A DNA stretch of 64,000 bases from Octopus bimaculoides (Eukaryota), in assembly GCF_001194135.2 (NCBI RefSeq), contig NC_068988.1, positions 77,549,102-77,613,101 on the forward strand, written 5' to 3'. The position numbers and the translations under genes are program-made. This document shows, piece by piece, positions 13,121-26,707 of the stretch (positions within the stretch are counted from its first letter, which is position 1; every line of letters begins with the position of its first letter). A model generated the notes under the pieces. That model was not told the origin of the DNA. It was given only the letters and a program-made list of their open reading frames with translations, and ran no database searches.

Positions 13121-14390
13121 CATAGTTATCATTATTGTTGTTGTCACATTGCCAAAGATTAACTTTTGAGATTTACTTCTATCAAAAACTCCTCAAAAAT
13201 CAATACCCATGATTTAGGTTTGTATCTGTACATTCTTTAAATGCAGCTATGGATTGTGGCTATCAACAACATATGTTGTCTGGGAGAAAAAGCATTTCTA
13301 GGTAAGTACATGCCCATGGAAACCTGGCAACAGTTGTAAGCCAGATCAGAAATGCAGGCTCTGTAATAGACTGTTGTACTTTTGTGTTTCTTTTCATATG
13401 TTGTATTTTATCTCTACGTGAGGCTGATTTTTACCCAGCACCCTTTGTTTAGAAAGTCTTTTATGTTAACTAAAACAAAGAAAGGCCAAATGTCTTGAGG
13501 CAGCAAAGAAACTTCTGTAAATTTGCTTGATTACTTACATATAACAGTCATGTCTTCTTCAAATTATGCCACGCCATTTGAAAAGCATGAAAGTAACATA
13601 AGATATTGTATTCCTATAAGTTGCAAGTTTGTATAAAACACTGGCTTGTTTACAACCTTTCCATCTTTGACTGCTTCTATCACTGTTAATTTCTGGCTAA
13701 CATAGAACAACACAAACAACGTCAGCCAATATAGTGTGCAGATTAATTTTTTCCCACCATGAATAATTACCTCTGGGAATGCCACTGCTTGGGCTTAGAG
13801 TGCCTTTGAAATGTTAAAGTGTGTTTCAGATCCTAACATCAAATCTCACTTGAAACGTAGTTAAAAGCACCAAATTCTCTGTGGTCCCATCTGCTAAATG
13901 GTATATAGATATCATGACATTCTACTGAGTAATTAATGACTTCTTTCAAATTCTATCACAACTGAATTCAACCTGTGGCTCTTAAGAAAGCAACTGCAGG
14001 AAAATAGAAAAATCATGCCAGTGCATTCTTCTTTGATTCCTTATGACCTGCTAGGTTACAGAAAATAACTGCATACAATACATTGCTGCCAATGTAATTA
14101 TTTAACAATCCTATTCTTAGAAGCAAATTTTAAAATATGGTGTCTCCAGTGAATTTAACTCAACATCAAAAGTATTTGATATTTCCTTGTTTTCCTGTCA
14201 GGTTTCATTGGTCGAACAACTCTTCACCCACAACTACATAAAGTTCAGCTTTTGATTTGCTATTAATTTCATTACCATATACATACAATTTTTACATGTG
14301 TATGTATGTATGCGTATNNNNNNNNNNACACATACACACATACACACTCACACATGTGTATGTGTGTGTATGTATACATTTATAAATAGA

Positions 14391-14438
<48 letters not shown>

Positions 14439-14660
14439 TATACACATATATATACTTGTATGCTTAAATTTATAATATATCTTGTTATATATGTGTGTGC
14501 ACATGCCTGTTTACATAAATATTTAAACATACCCACGAATACTTGCATATGTATGTATGTTTTGATGTGTATGTATGTCTGTCTAACTCTTCGTTCATAC
14601 ATATGTATATACATACATGTCTATGTACTTTTATACAAACATACATATCTACATACGTAT

Positions 14661-14698
<38 letters not shown>

Positions 14699-14986
14699 TT
14701 ATGTGTATATGTACATATATGGAGACACATGTGTCTATGTATTTAAAGAAAATTTATTTACATTTCAGTCTATTGATGTTTTACTCTCCAAAAAGTTTTC
14801 ACTTCTAAATATTAATCTATTTAGGACTAAAATTAGCCATCAGACATAAACATAAATTAGACACACACTTGTGTGTGTGTGTGTGTGTGTGCTCGTACAT
14901 GCATATGCATATATATAATATATATATGCATGCACACATGTGTATATATGTGTACATATGAGTGTATATAATATACAGAGATATAC

Positions 14987-15029
<43 letters not shown>

Positions 15030-17109
15030 GCATATATGTTTACACATGCATACATATATATGAAATAACTTTGTATATTATAAAACTTCTGTAAGTTAAA
15101 CAAGAATGTAAACACATTCTTTCTATCTCATTGATGTGCAAGGAAATAGGGAGTCTCTTGGCAGACTGTTACATGGTTGTTGATCACTCCACAGTTAATA
15201 TATATCTAGCTTATTTCCTTAATCAGTAGCATTGATTATCTTTCATAATGTAATCATGAATTAGCTAGTATGATGGGGTACACCATAATTTGTACATTTG
15301 TGGCTTTGACAGTTTTTCATTAATCAGCCAATATATTTTTACACACCTATTGTTTATATAATGATGAGGTATCGAAGGTGCAAAAATGTAAATTAAGTTT
15401 TCCACTATGGTGTGCAACCTAATTCATGACTTCTTGATAAGCAGCTGGTATATGGTATTGATTGGGAAATGAACTGAGTACAAATGATGAGCAAGCCTAT
15501 TAGAAAGCAACAGGATTGTTGGAAAATTCCTTACAAATATCTCCAACTTCCTTAGACAAGCCTGTTTGATACATGAGGTGTGCCAAAGAATAAGACTTAC
15601 ATATTATTTGTAGGTCTCATTTGATGTTCTTGTTTCTAGGCAAACAACAAAAGCAAGGATAAATTCTTTAAGGATTTATATAAAGTAGTAGACTACATGT
15701 GGAATAGAAAACAGATCTACAGACCTATATTTTGGCTGACTTCAATGTTTGAGTAGGATTTAATTGGGTGCAAGAATTTGCCTCTTTGTGTCAGACAGTT
15801 TGGTGTTGGCAAGATTTAAAAACATAGAGAGTAATTACTAGTTTTCTGTCCTTGCATTTCCCTCAGTTGAACAAACATGTTCTACAACAGAAAAGCTGTT
15901 GAAATATATCTTGGTACCAATCTAAGTTTGAATATTGGCATCAATATGATTTTCATGTTGATTCTCCTAGTGTTTTCTCAATGCTGTCAAATTCACAAGA
16001 TCACAGACCACAGTTTTACTATTGCTAGGACAAAGAAACTTCAAAGGCAAGCATCCTCAGAAACCAAGATATTGTTAGTATTGTGGGTTTATTGGGCATG
16101 GTACAGTTAGTGCAGTTATATACTGAGGTCAGTTCCATTACCTACCCTCTGATTTTCAGCCTTGTGAATCTAATATCCTGGGTACATTAAATTCACAACA
16201 CCCCTCTGTTAAAATACAAGGTCTTCTGTATCTATCTCAGAAAGCAAGGTGGTAGATTGAAAGAATCATTAGAATGTTGGGCCAAATACCTTGTAGTAGT
16301 TATTCTGGCTCTATGCATTCTGGGTTAAAATCTCACAGAGATATTTACTTTGACTTTCAGCCATCCAATATTGATAAAATAAAGTACCAGACATATGCAA
16401 GCTTTCTTAAGGTTGACTGTTCTCTCCTACCAATTTGTGATCTTGTGCCTATACTATAAATTATTATTTTGAGGTCCTCAGTTATGTTCAAACATAATTT
16501 TAAGGAAGAGTTGGGTTACTGTGTTTGAACTTAATAGAAAAGAATCCGTTTTTGGATCATTACATTTCAGAGCATTTGCATTTCCTTCCTTTTTTGGTTG
16601 TCATGGTAAAACTAAGGCTTATCATTGATATTCTTCTGGGGAACACAGACCCAAGAAATTTGAACTGATCTTCAGATGTTTTGTAAGCACAATCATAAAT
16701 AAATAAAAAGCAATATTGACAAACAGAAAGAAAAATGACTACATTAAACAAGCAAGCATAAACATTCACACTACACACTTGTAAAAGGAAATGCTATGGC
16801 AACAGTAACTCTGTCTAGTTTTTCTGCTAAAAAATAATTCCGAGTCCACACTCAGAAAAAAGTAATATCGAACTGGTGTGTCATAAAATTCTCTGTCTCC
16901 TTTTCTGATACTCTTATTAAAGATGAGGAGCGAAGGACAGTGACACTCCTCTGCCTATCAGAAAGTGATGGGTTTTCTATATGCCTCAAAATGGAAAAAT
17001 TAAAAGACATCCCAGCTGATATGCAGAATACTGTAGTTCTTAACAACAGAGGAAGGATATCTGAAATTATACATTAAATCTTAAGATCAAGGATGAAGCA
17101 TGACAGGAT

Positions 17110-17870
17110 GGCAGACTGAATTGGTCTGCCACACACCTACCTATTACCCACTGGCTACACATGTCCTTGGCTGTCACAGCTCATATTTCACTGCCATGTA
17201 GCATAGCTGTTTGCACACAAGTATCATACAGTCTGCCTTTCATTCTGTGGGAGAGACCCTTTGTTACCCACAGAGGTCGGAGCTCTCAGAACTTTGCCCG
17301 ACCAATTCTTATTCTCGTAGCTATGCCCTCAGAGCATATACCTCTGCTACTGACTTGGTCACCTAGATAACAGAAACTATCAACTACCTCAAGCTTACCT
17401 TCCTGGCATTGGATGGAGTCTATTTTCTGTACATTTTTAGAGTTTCTTGTACATGTGCACTTTCCACACACAAAAACTAGTTTTCCTGTTAACCTTCCTT
17501 TGATATTGTTGCATCTCTTATGTGTTCATAGCTTACACTGGGTACATCATATGGAGTTTCTACCTATGCTTTTTTTACAAATCGAGCAGGGCTATTTACC
17601 TGAAGGGATTTGTGATTTGCCCGCTTTCCTACTCACTAAGACCTTAACTTTTGCTAGATTAACTCTAAGGCCCTTCAATTCTAGACCTTGCTTCCACACC
17701 TGAAACTCCTTGTCTAGTTATGGTAGTGATTCAGCTATAAGAATAAGGTCATCAGCATAGAGGAGCTCCCAGGAACAGCCTGTCTTAAATTCCTCTGTTA
17801 TTCCCTGGAGGGCTATGTTGAACTGGATGGTGGGGGGGTTGAGGACTGGTCCTTGGTGAACCCCTACTTA
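17110..17870 (-). mobile_element. RTE LINE reverse-transcriptase remnant
   Basis: Minus strand LLYADDLILIAES, GLRVNLAKVKV, KLEVVDSFCYLGDQVSS, homologous to 31660-32200. Confidence 0.9.
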
Positions 17871-17929
17871 TACACTGAATTCATCACTATAATCGTTGCC
17901 AACCCTCATCTTACTGACATTTATCCCTG

Positions 17930-18270
<341 letters not shown>

Positions 18271-18315
18271 AATTATTACTATTTTCATAGCTGTTGTTGT
18301 TGTTATTGTTGTTGT

Positions 18316-18515
18316 TAAGGCATTTAGCTGGCAAAATTGTTAGCACATGAAACAAAATGCCTAGCAGCAGCCCTTCTAAATCATTACATTGTGGGTACAA
18401 ATTGTGCTGAGTTTGACTTTTCCTTTCATTGTTTTGGGGTCAATAAAATAAGTACCAGTTGAGTATTGGGATTGATGTAATCAACTTATTCACTCCCATG
18501 AACTGACTGGCCTTC
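18316..18515 (+). mobile_element. SINE family C (older copy) followed by (ATT)n
   Basis: Similarity to 18051-18270. Confidence 0.75.
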
Positions 18516-18523
18516 TAATAATG

Positions 18524-18574
<51 letters not shown>

Positions 18575-18927
18575 GTTACTATTATTATTATTATTATTAT
18601 TATTATCATTGAAGAGTACATCATTATTGATTATTAATTATTATTATTCATTACTTTAAGTACTTTTTCACTGGAAGATGCCCTGACAGTTTAAGTTGTT
18701 ATTGTTCTTTCTTAAAACGTGTCTAGACGTGTCTAACAACAACACAAACAAATCTATAGCAACAATTGCATCAACAACATAAAGTATATCAACTCTAGCT
18801 CTCTGTGTGTGGTTAGAATGAAGCAAGATTTTATTGTTCTCCTTTGTCATTTTCACCTTGTTTTATGTCATCAGGTGAGCACACATACAACACACAGGTA
18901 CACACACACAGGTACACACACACAGGT

Positions 18928-18958
<31 letters not shown>

Positions 18959-19070
18959 CACACACACACATTCATTCATTGCTAATACTTGTTGTCTCAT
19001 CACTAATAGCAAATTTTTACCCAGCCCTCCAGCCATATGTCTGTATTTTTTTATTCTTTACTTGTATTCT

Positions 19071-19386
19071 AACGAACACGTATTAACAGAGTATATAGGT
19101 GATACAGACACTCCCCATACACACATGCACTTACAAAAGACACAGACACATTGAAAGACATGCATGTGTAGACACATACAATAGGAATACAAAATACAAA
19201 ATGGCTGATATTTAGCAAGGTGAGACACACATAAGAAGGAAGGAAACAAAGGACCACTGATGAGGTCACAGAAGTGTGACGAAAGAACTCTGGCCGAAAT
19301 AAGATTAAGATTAATGTAATATACAGCTGAAGCAAATTAACACCAAATATACAGTGCGTGTGTTTTTATTGGCTACACTGGCAATA
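19071..19386 (+). mobile_element. Solo PLE pseudo-LTR-like segment containing a hammerhead motif
   Basis: 10 substitutions in 316 nt (counted by eye) versus the reverse complement of 54341-54656, which lies downstream of a GIY-YIG remnant. Confidence 0.8.
19251..19295 (+). ncRNA. Minimal type-I hammerhead ribozyme motif (CUC site)
   Basis: ggacca-CTGATGA-g-GTCAC/GTGAC-GAAA-gaac-TC-tggcc. Confidence 0.75.
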
Positions 19387-19439
19387 TGAGGGTGCAGAGT
19401 GTAAGAAGCTGATAATAGGTTTTTGTTAAATAGTATAAA

Positions 19440-19795
19440 TTACAGCATCAAAGTATCTTCGAGCATGGCCGATACTAGTGCCATCTGACTGGCACCCAAG
19501 CCAGTGGCATGTAAAAAGCACTGTTCAAGCATGGCCAGTGCCAGTGCCACCTGACTGGCACCTATGCCAGTGACATGTAAAATGCACTATTTGAGTGTGG
19601 CCGATGCCAGTGCTGGCTCCCATGCTGGTGGCATGGAAAAAGCACCTACTACAGTCTTGGAGTGGTTGGTGTTAGGAAGGGCATCCATCTGTAGAAACCT
19701 TGCCAAATCTGATTGGAGCCTGGTGCAGCCTCCTGGCTTGCCAGTTCTCAGTCAAACCGTCCAGCCCATGCCAGCATGGAAAGTAGACATTAAAC

Positions 19796-19826
<31 letters not shown>
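19440..19826 (+). mobile_element. RTE LINE 3' UTR with (GAT)n tail
   Basis: ggagtggttggtgttaggaagggcatcc...aaaccgtccagcccatgccagcatggaaag...aaacgatgatgat. Confidence 0.9.
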
Positions 19827-19827
<1 letters not shown>

Positions 19828-19879
19828 CCTACAACTCACTCACAGTTACCTGTAGGGTAGTACACTCCTTGGAAAGCAA

Positions 19880-21990
19880 AGGAACCAATACAGGAACTCT
19901 TAGACCCATAAGGTTGCTTCGTAAATGGTAGAGCGTCTTGCTGCCATTTGCACCAGTGGAAGCTTGAATATCATGAGCAAGGCCTTCTCACCAGATATTC
20001 TGCATCATCCTGAGTGATTGCTGAAATAGAAATTTTGTATTCATATAAAGGTTAAGTGCTTGGTTCTGCTGTGCAACTGATAGACCTCTGTACAGTAATA
20101 AATTGCAGGCATTGTGCTTTGCAGACTAAAGTCTCTGAACCTCTACATCATTTTCATCAAACCAGTGTAGTGTTTCAGCAGTGCATTGAAAGATTTGGTC
20201 TTCAGACACTTCCCATTTTGTAATATTTCAATGCTGGATGAATGATTCTGAAGTTCCTTCCTCACAGTAAGATTATATATCTTATGAACATTCAAGTTCC
20301 AAGGAATATCAGGTGCCTCTTCTCTCCTTCACACTGATTATCATTTGGAACTTAGCTTGCACTAAGCAGTGGTCTGTCCAATACTTTGATCCATGAAAGG
20401 ACTTGACATTACAAATGATACCTGTATCATGCTTGTGGATAACATAACCAGCAAGTGCCAAACTTTCAACTTTGGGTGCAACCATGTTGTTGTGTAATCA
20501 CATCTGTGCATAAAGCGAATGCTTGCAATGTGAAAACCATATTCATTGCAAAGTAAGTGGAGCATTAGACCATTGCTATTCCTTTTCCCTACACCAAAAT
20601 TCCCAAGAAAGTTTCACATTTGCAAATCTGTTCCAATCCTGGCATTGAAATCCCCATAGAATGATTCTGTCTGACTTGGGAACTTTCCTGAATGAAGTTT
20701 TCAGCTGGGAATAGAAAGTTGTTTTATCTTCACCAGAATTCATGTGAGTAGCTCCTACTCTCATGAGGCACTTGTCAGAGTAGCAAATCACCCATCTCTC
20801 AAGTGCAGATGCAGTGATTAAATGGTTATTTATAGGGATAGGAAGCTCCTCCAACTTCTTGAAGATTTCAGATAAAACAACAAAACCTTGCACTTCTCCT
20901 TTGGTTTTCTTTTCCCTATAAAAGTATAGGTACCTCCAGCTTCTTCAATTTGACCATCACCTTCCAAATGAGTTGCTGAAATGGCTTCTAAATCTATGTT
21001 ATAACTGTTTAGTTTGCAAGCAACAAGTGCAGTATATCATTCACTCATTCTATCTCACAGTGTATGCATATACCAACATGAAATATTCATCTTCCATGCA
21101 GATTTTATAAATATTTGCTTTATTTTCTGAACGCAAGGTGGACATCTGACAATCACACTAAACTGACCACATAGTAAAAGGGAGGCAATTTTTAGTTCAC
21201 CTTTTCTTGAACTTCTTCAGTTTCTAAGTGAGCATTGTTATCTTGGATAATAATGAGATAACTAATATGGGTTGCCTATGAGTGGATCACTGACTATATA
21301 CTTCCAACCCATCAGGTCTGCATACTCTGCCACTTTGCTGCAGGACTTTTGAATAAATTAGAGAAATAAAAAGAGGTGTAAAATTAAAAGTTTAAAATTG
21401 AAAAGTGTAAATTTTAAAGTGTAAAGATAAAGTTAAGCAGCAATGCCCATGAAAAATAATCAGCAATGCCTGCGCAAAATTCTAGGTTCAATAAGGCTTG
21501 CAAGACACCTCATAAACACTCTCCACCCTACTGACAGGATCCAGAGATAAGCCAAAGCAAGATGTCTAGCACCAATATGGGTCACAGGCTCATGAATGTA
21601 GGTGTACCATGATCTCAAGCACAAGCAAAAAGATCCTCAAAATGTCCAATGCCATTCTCCCCGTATCTGCTTTTATATCAGTATGACCTTCTCTGAGAGA
21701 CATGCTTTAACAAAAGCTGAGAAGTGCCTAACTCCTATTGGTTTTTCAGCAAACCAAACACCAACATAGAATTTCTGAGTGCCCACGGTAGACAGTCATT
21801 GAACTAGCAATGGGTTCACCCATTATTTTTAACAGGTCTTGTTTTTAGTCCTGGTGGGTTTCTAGCAACCCTCCTCATCAGGCTAGCCTGGTTGGGGTGC
21901 CAGTTTAGTAATCAACAACCTGGCCATGCAACAGGTTGTACATGATTCTATGTTACCAATAGCACTCCTGAGAGACCTCAAAGGGATCTG
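19880..21990 (-). mobile_element. RTE-like LINE 5' part: AP-endonuclease remnant and probable 5' UTR
   Basis: Minus strand GEDKTTFYSQLK..VPKSDRIILWG.F and CNEYGFHIAS..F...TTWLHPKLKVWHL fit APE motifs; 21550-21670 also matches 59205-59320. The 5' UTR assignment is inference. Confidence 0.7.
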
Positions 21991-22420
21991 ACATGTGTGT
22001 GTGTGAGTGTGTGATGTCTGTCAGTTATCCATACATCAAATAAAAAGCATAGTCTTAAAGAAATTGTGAGCAGTTATACTTTTCTTGTAGTCAGATTATA
22101 GCATATAACCATTCAGGAAGTTACCATTGGTTTCATGCAAGATATTGCACTGAGTAATATAGAAGACTTATCAGAGGACAATGATCCCAAAATATTCATA
22201 TGATCCAGGTACCTCCTCAAAAAGGGATTTTCCCATTTTAGTTTTCTTACTTCCAAACTGACCAAAAGTGTATATTTATCTCCGTCATAAAAGAGGCTAT
22301 GTGCTTCCAGCTTGCATGTCTGATGAGTTGTTTCTATTGCTAAGTCCAGTAGTAGATGCAAAACCAATGGTGACTTTCCAACCAGTTATATGCTATAGGC
22401 AGGAATATACCACTCAGCTA

Positions 22421-23617
22421 TCAGGTCATACCATAAGTTCTGTCCGATTTTACCTTTTTTAAAATTGAATGAAATTTAATAGTATTTTAGAATGTCTAAT
22501 GGAATTTAAAAATATTTTTATGCATTTGTGTACATTTAAACTAATCAAATATTATTTTACAGAATAAGAGAATTAAAATTTCTTTGATTAAAACCCTTTC
22601 TAACATGAAAGTATCCAAAGAGCATTTAAAGCACATAATGCTTTATGAGTACAAAAAAGGAAAGTCTGCAGCCGAAGTGACTTCAAACATACACTAAGTT
22701 TATGGGAAAGAATGCTTGAATGGAAGAACTTGTAGAAGATGGTTTGCAAAATTCAGAAGTGGAGATTTCAGCTTCAAAGATGACGATCAAACAGGACATC
22801 TAATTGAGTTTGATGTTAAGCTCCTTGAGGCATTACTTGAAGAAAATCCAGCATTATCAGCTGAAGAATTGGCAATAAAGCTTAGTTCAAACCATACAAC
22901 TGTTCATCGTCATCTTCAACAACTTGGAAAGGTTCCTAAACTTGGAAAATGAGTGCCTCATGAATTGTCCGAAAGCAACCGCAAATCCTGAGTTGACATC
23001 TGCTCTTCTCTCCATTCTCACGAAATCATTTCACCCTTTTTGGATAGACTTGTGACTGGTAATGAAAAATGGATCTTCTATCGAAATGTTAAATGTCATA
23101 AACAGTGGCTTGGTAAAAGGGAAAAAACTCAACCACAGCTGAGAAGGGAACTTCATGGGAAAAAGGTTCTTCTCTCTGTCTGGTGAGATTGCAAAGGAGT
23201 AATTCACTTTGAATTGTTACCACCTAATGCAATAATCAATGCTCAAGTCTACTGTCAGCAATTAGAGCATTTAAACCAAGCTTTGAAAAAAAAAAGACCC
23301 GTTTTAGTGAATCGNNNNNNNNNNCTTATTCTCCCAACCTTGCTCCTTCAGACTACCATTTGTTTCATAGTTTACAGAATCATTTGGGGGACATAACTTT
23401 CGCAAGCCAGGAGGAGGTCGAAACTGACATTTCAGAGTTCTTTGCTTTGAAACCAAAAGAGTTTTACATTGATGGGATTGAAAATCTTGTAAATAGATAG
23501 AAGGAAGTCATAGATAATCAGGGAAAGTACATTGATGATTAAATTTCAATGAAATATAACGTTTCATCACTTGTTTGCTTTATTCAAAATTCAGACAGAA
23601 ATTATGGGATGAATTGA
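22421..23617 (+). mobile_element. Mariner (DD34D) transposon, near full length, degenerate TIRs
   Basis: Left TA|tcaggtcataccataagttctgtccgatttt; right aaaattcagacagaaattatgggatgaattga. Confidence 0.9.
22605..23542 (+). pseudogene. Mariner transposase pseudogene (stops, small gap)
   Basis: HIMLYEYKKG, WFAKFRSGDF, (W)VPHEL, VTGNEKW, YSPNLAPSDYHLF motifs. Confidence 0.92.
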
Positions 23618-23699
23618 TGCATAAAAGTTGTACTTTAAGAAGTGCTGAAATGGTTTAAGGGAATAAAAGAGTAGGGGAACTGTAGATTTATGCAGTCGG

Positions 23700-25010
23700 A
23701 CATTGTTGACATTTACCTCTCTATAACTAAAACTCTGTTAATGAAGGCCATAGATTTTGTTAAAATAATCACTGACATTAATGAGTCAGATATTTATGTA
23801 ATTATCCACTCAAGAAAATCTCTCCTGTTTTTTTTATATTGACACTTGGGTTAAGAAAAGCAGGGACAAATTATTCAACATACCCATAGGAGCATATGAT
23901 GGAGCCCAGGTGATTGGAATTATAGGGCTTCATATTCTAAATTTACTGAGATAAAAATTCCTGAAATGGAATGTGGTTTATATCATGATGATGACCTGAT
24001 TCTATCAAGAAAATGTAATGGTCATAAGTTAGATTTAGAATAAATTTGATTAAAGTATTTCAGATAATAGTATTGATATTACTATCCTATTCACCACTAA
24101 TTTTCATGACAACGTTAAAACTGGATAATGATAGTTTCAGACCACACCACAAACCAAATGAGAAATATATATATGAAGTCAGTCAAATCACACACCTTGT
24201 ATATGAAGAAATTTGGTTGACAGTACTGGTCAACAGATATCCTCATTATCTTCTGATCAAGATGTTTTTATGGGAGTAGCTGGGTATCATAAGGAGGCAT
24301 GAAGAAATAGTGAGTTTTCTGATAAAATTAGACATATATGAAATTCTGGGAACACACAGCATAAGAAAAGGAACATTTTATGGTACAACTCAGTGTTTAA
24401 CCTGGAAATAAAAACTAATAAACATAGAGAATTTTTTAATTTAATAGGTCACCATTTTCTGACAGGACATATGAATAGTAAAACATTGCACAAGAACTGT
24501 GTTGGAGTTATTCAGCTTGCAAGAATTTTAGGTATTATATCAGTGGTTATAATGCCGTGAAGCTGAATAGAAGAGAGATGCAAACAACTGCCCAACAAAG
24601 ATTATACAACTGTAAAATTCATGAGTACTGTCCACTAGATAATAACTGTTTGATAAAGTTGATATATACACAGTCCAAACTACAATGGGCTTGTTTTACA
24701 TGGAACTACAATGGGCTTGTTTTACAGGGAACAGTTGAATTAAACAGTAGTGATGAACCTAAAATATATATAAGGGTAATGGAATTCACATTCAAAAACT
24801 ATTATTACAAACACAAAAAATGTGCTACAGCTTTGACAAAGTTTATATGGTTCTTGCATGAGACAAGATATTAGGAATTCAAAATTACCTGGTCTATTGT
24901 AGATAGTGTGCAACTATACAGGAATGGAAGATCAAGTTAAAAATGTGGTCTGACCTTTGAGTGAAAAATTGAGGATTTTGAATCAAAGCAATAATAGTTT
25001 CAATAGAACT
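23700..25010 (+). mobile_element. Penelope-like element remnant (RT plus GIY-YIG)
   Basis: WVKK..FNIPIGAYDGAQ, GLYHDDD, then CPLDNNCL...FKNYYYKHK..TALTKFIWFL..ITWSI. Confidence 0.8.
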
Positions 25011-25654
25011 GAACTGAACTGAACTGCTAGTGCCTTGTATGCAAGTAGCAAAGTATCATTTGTATAACAACAAGCCTCCTTCAATTTCATTATCATTCAG
25101 AGATGTTGGTTTTGAAATGTTTAATTAATAGGTGTTATTGATATATGCTTTATTATGTGTTTATGCATATTTATATGTGGATATGTGTATATTTACACAT
25201 GCATATTTAATTTTGGATATATGTGTATATGAATGGGCAAATGAGTATATGTATGCATCTGCACAAACACATGCAAACTGAACACACACGCAGACAATTT
25301 TTAAAAACATGAAGAGTATTACTTATATTACTTTAAGACATTACTCAAACAACAATGCAATTTTATGACTTTGCATGGAGTTTAAGACATTTATACTATT
25401 ACCATGTGAACTAGAAATGAAATAAAAAACCATTAGCTTCATGCAGCTGCTTTTGAACATGTTGTTCACAGAGGTTTAAAAATTTTTTTTTTAACTTAAA
25501 GAACATAAGGATAAGTGTTTTCTTCAAACTTTCATTTCATATTTAAAAAAATATTCAGACTGACTATTTCAAAAGAAAATCAGGTTTGGTTTACCAACTG
25601 ATGATCAGTAACATAACTCTGGGTACTGGAAAATGAAGACTTTCATATATATTA

Positions 25655-25723
<69 letters not shown>

Positions 25724-25724
25724 T

Positions 25725-26139
25725 TCAGTAACGACTGCTTTTGATCTTCCATGAGCAAGCAAGATACAAATTCTGCTGCAACACTTTTCATTTGTAATTC
25801 CTCACACAAAATTATTTGGCAGGAGCTCCAGGACACACCAATCATATCATCAAGCTTGTCACTTGTTCAGTGATGATCTTGCAAGATCAGTTCATGAATT
25901 TTCGTGATGTTTTCATCCGTTCTGTGTGTTGATGGTCGCCCTGAATGAGGTTCGTATTCAAGCAACAAGTGACCATGCCTAAAGTGTAAAACGCACTCGT
26001 AAATTTGTGTTTTGTTCATGGCAGCATGTTTTATTATGTGTTTAGGTATATTTATATGTGCATATGTGTATATTTACACATGCATATTTAATTCTGGATA
26101 TATGTGTGTGTATGAATGTACTTTTGGGTACCCCTTGTG
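25725..26139 (-). mobile_element. Mariner fragment (second family), N-terminal part with left TIR
   Basis: Minus strand SGRPSTHRTDENITKIHELIL...MIGVSWSSCQIILCEELQMKSVAAEFV; TIR-like aaggggtacccaaaagt at 26120-26139, also seen at 52736. Confidence 0.8.
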
Positions 26140-26158
26140 TATATAATGCACTCCTATG

Positions 26159-26199
<41 letters not shown>

Positions 26200-26202
26200 G
26201 CA

Positions 26203-26625
26203 CAGGAGTGGCTGTGTGGTAGGTAGCTTACCAACCACATGGTTCTGGGTTCAGTCCCACTGCATAGCACCTCGGGCAAGTGTCTTCTACTATAGCCTGA
26301 GGCCAACCAAAGCCTTGTGAGTGGATTTGGTAGATGGAAACTGAAAGAAGCCCGTCATATATATATGTGTGCGTGAGTGTGTGTGTGTGTGTGTGTGCAT
26401 GTGTGTGTATATGTTTGTGTATCTGTGTTTGTGTCCCCACCCTAACATTGCTTGATAATCAATGGTGTGTTTACATCCCTGTAACTTAGCGTTTCAGCAA
26501 AAAAAAAACCAATAGAATAAGTACTAGCCTTACAATGAATAAGTCCTGGGATCAGTTTACTCAACTAAAGGCAGTGCTCCAGCATGGCCACAGTCAAATG
26601 ACTGAAACAAGTAAAAGAATAAAAG
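26203..26625 (+). mobile_element. Full-length tRNA-derived SINE family A with internal (GT)n
   Basis: A-box tggctgtgtgg, B-box gggttcagtcc, central microsatellite, 3' gctccagcatggccacagtcaaatgactgaaacaagtaaaagaataa. Confidence 0.9.
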
Positions 26626-26707
26626 AATACACACACACACGCACACACATACACTTCAAATCATCTTTAATACAGTTAGTATTCATATTTGTTAATAAAC
26701 AATATCA

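Noticed and set aside
13247-13301. Candidate host exon (tgcag| ... |gtaagt)
   Set aside because: Good splice signals, but 55 nt gives no recognisable peptide and no partner exons could be linked; needs RNA-seq.
13564-13785. 73-aa minus-strand ORF with protein-like composition
   Set aside because: No ATG start, no motif I recognise, no convincing splice boundaries.
15560-16100. Faint AP-endonuclease-like phrases (KDKFFKDLYKVV)
   Set aside because: Too degraded to assign by eye.
25145-26118. About 90-bp low-complexity direct repeat (25145-25235 and 26026-26118)
   Set aside because: Mostly TA/TG-rich; could be a small local duplication, nothing further to support.
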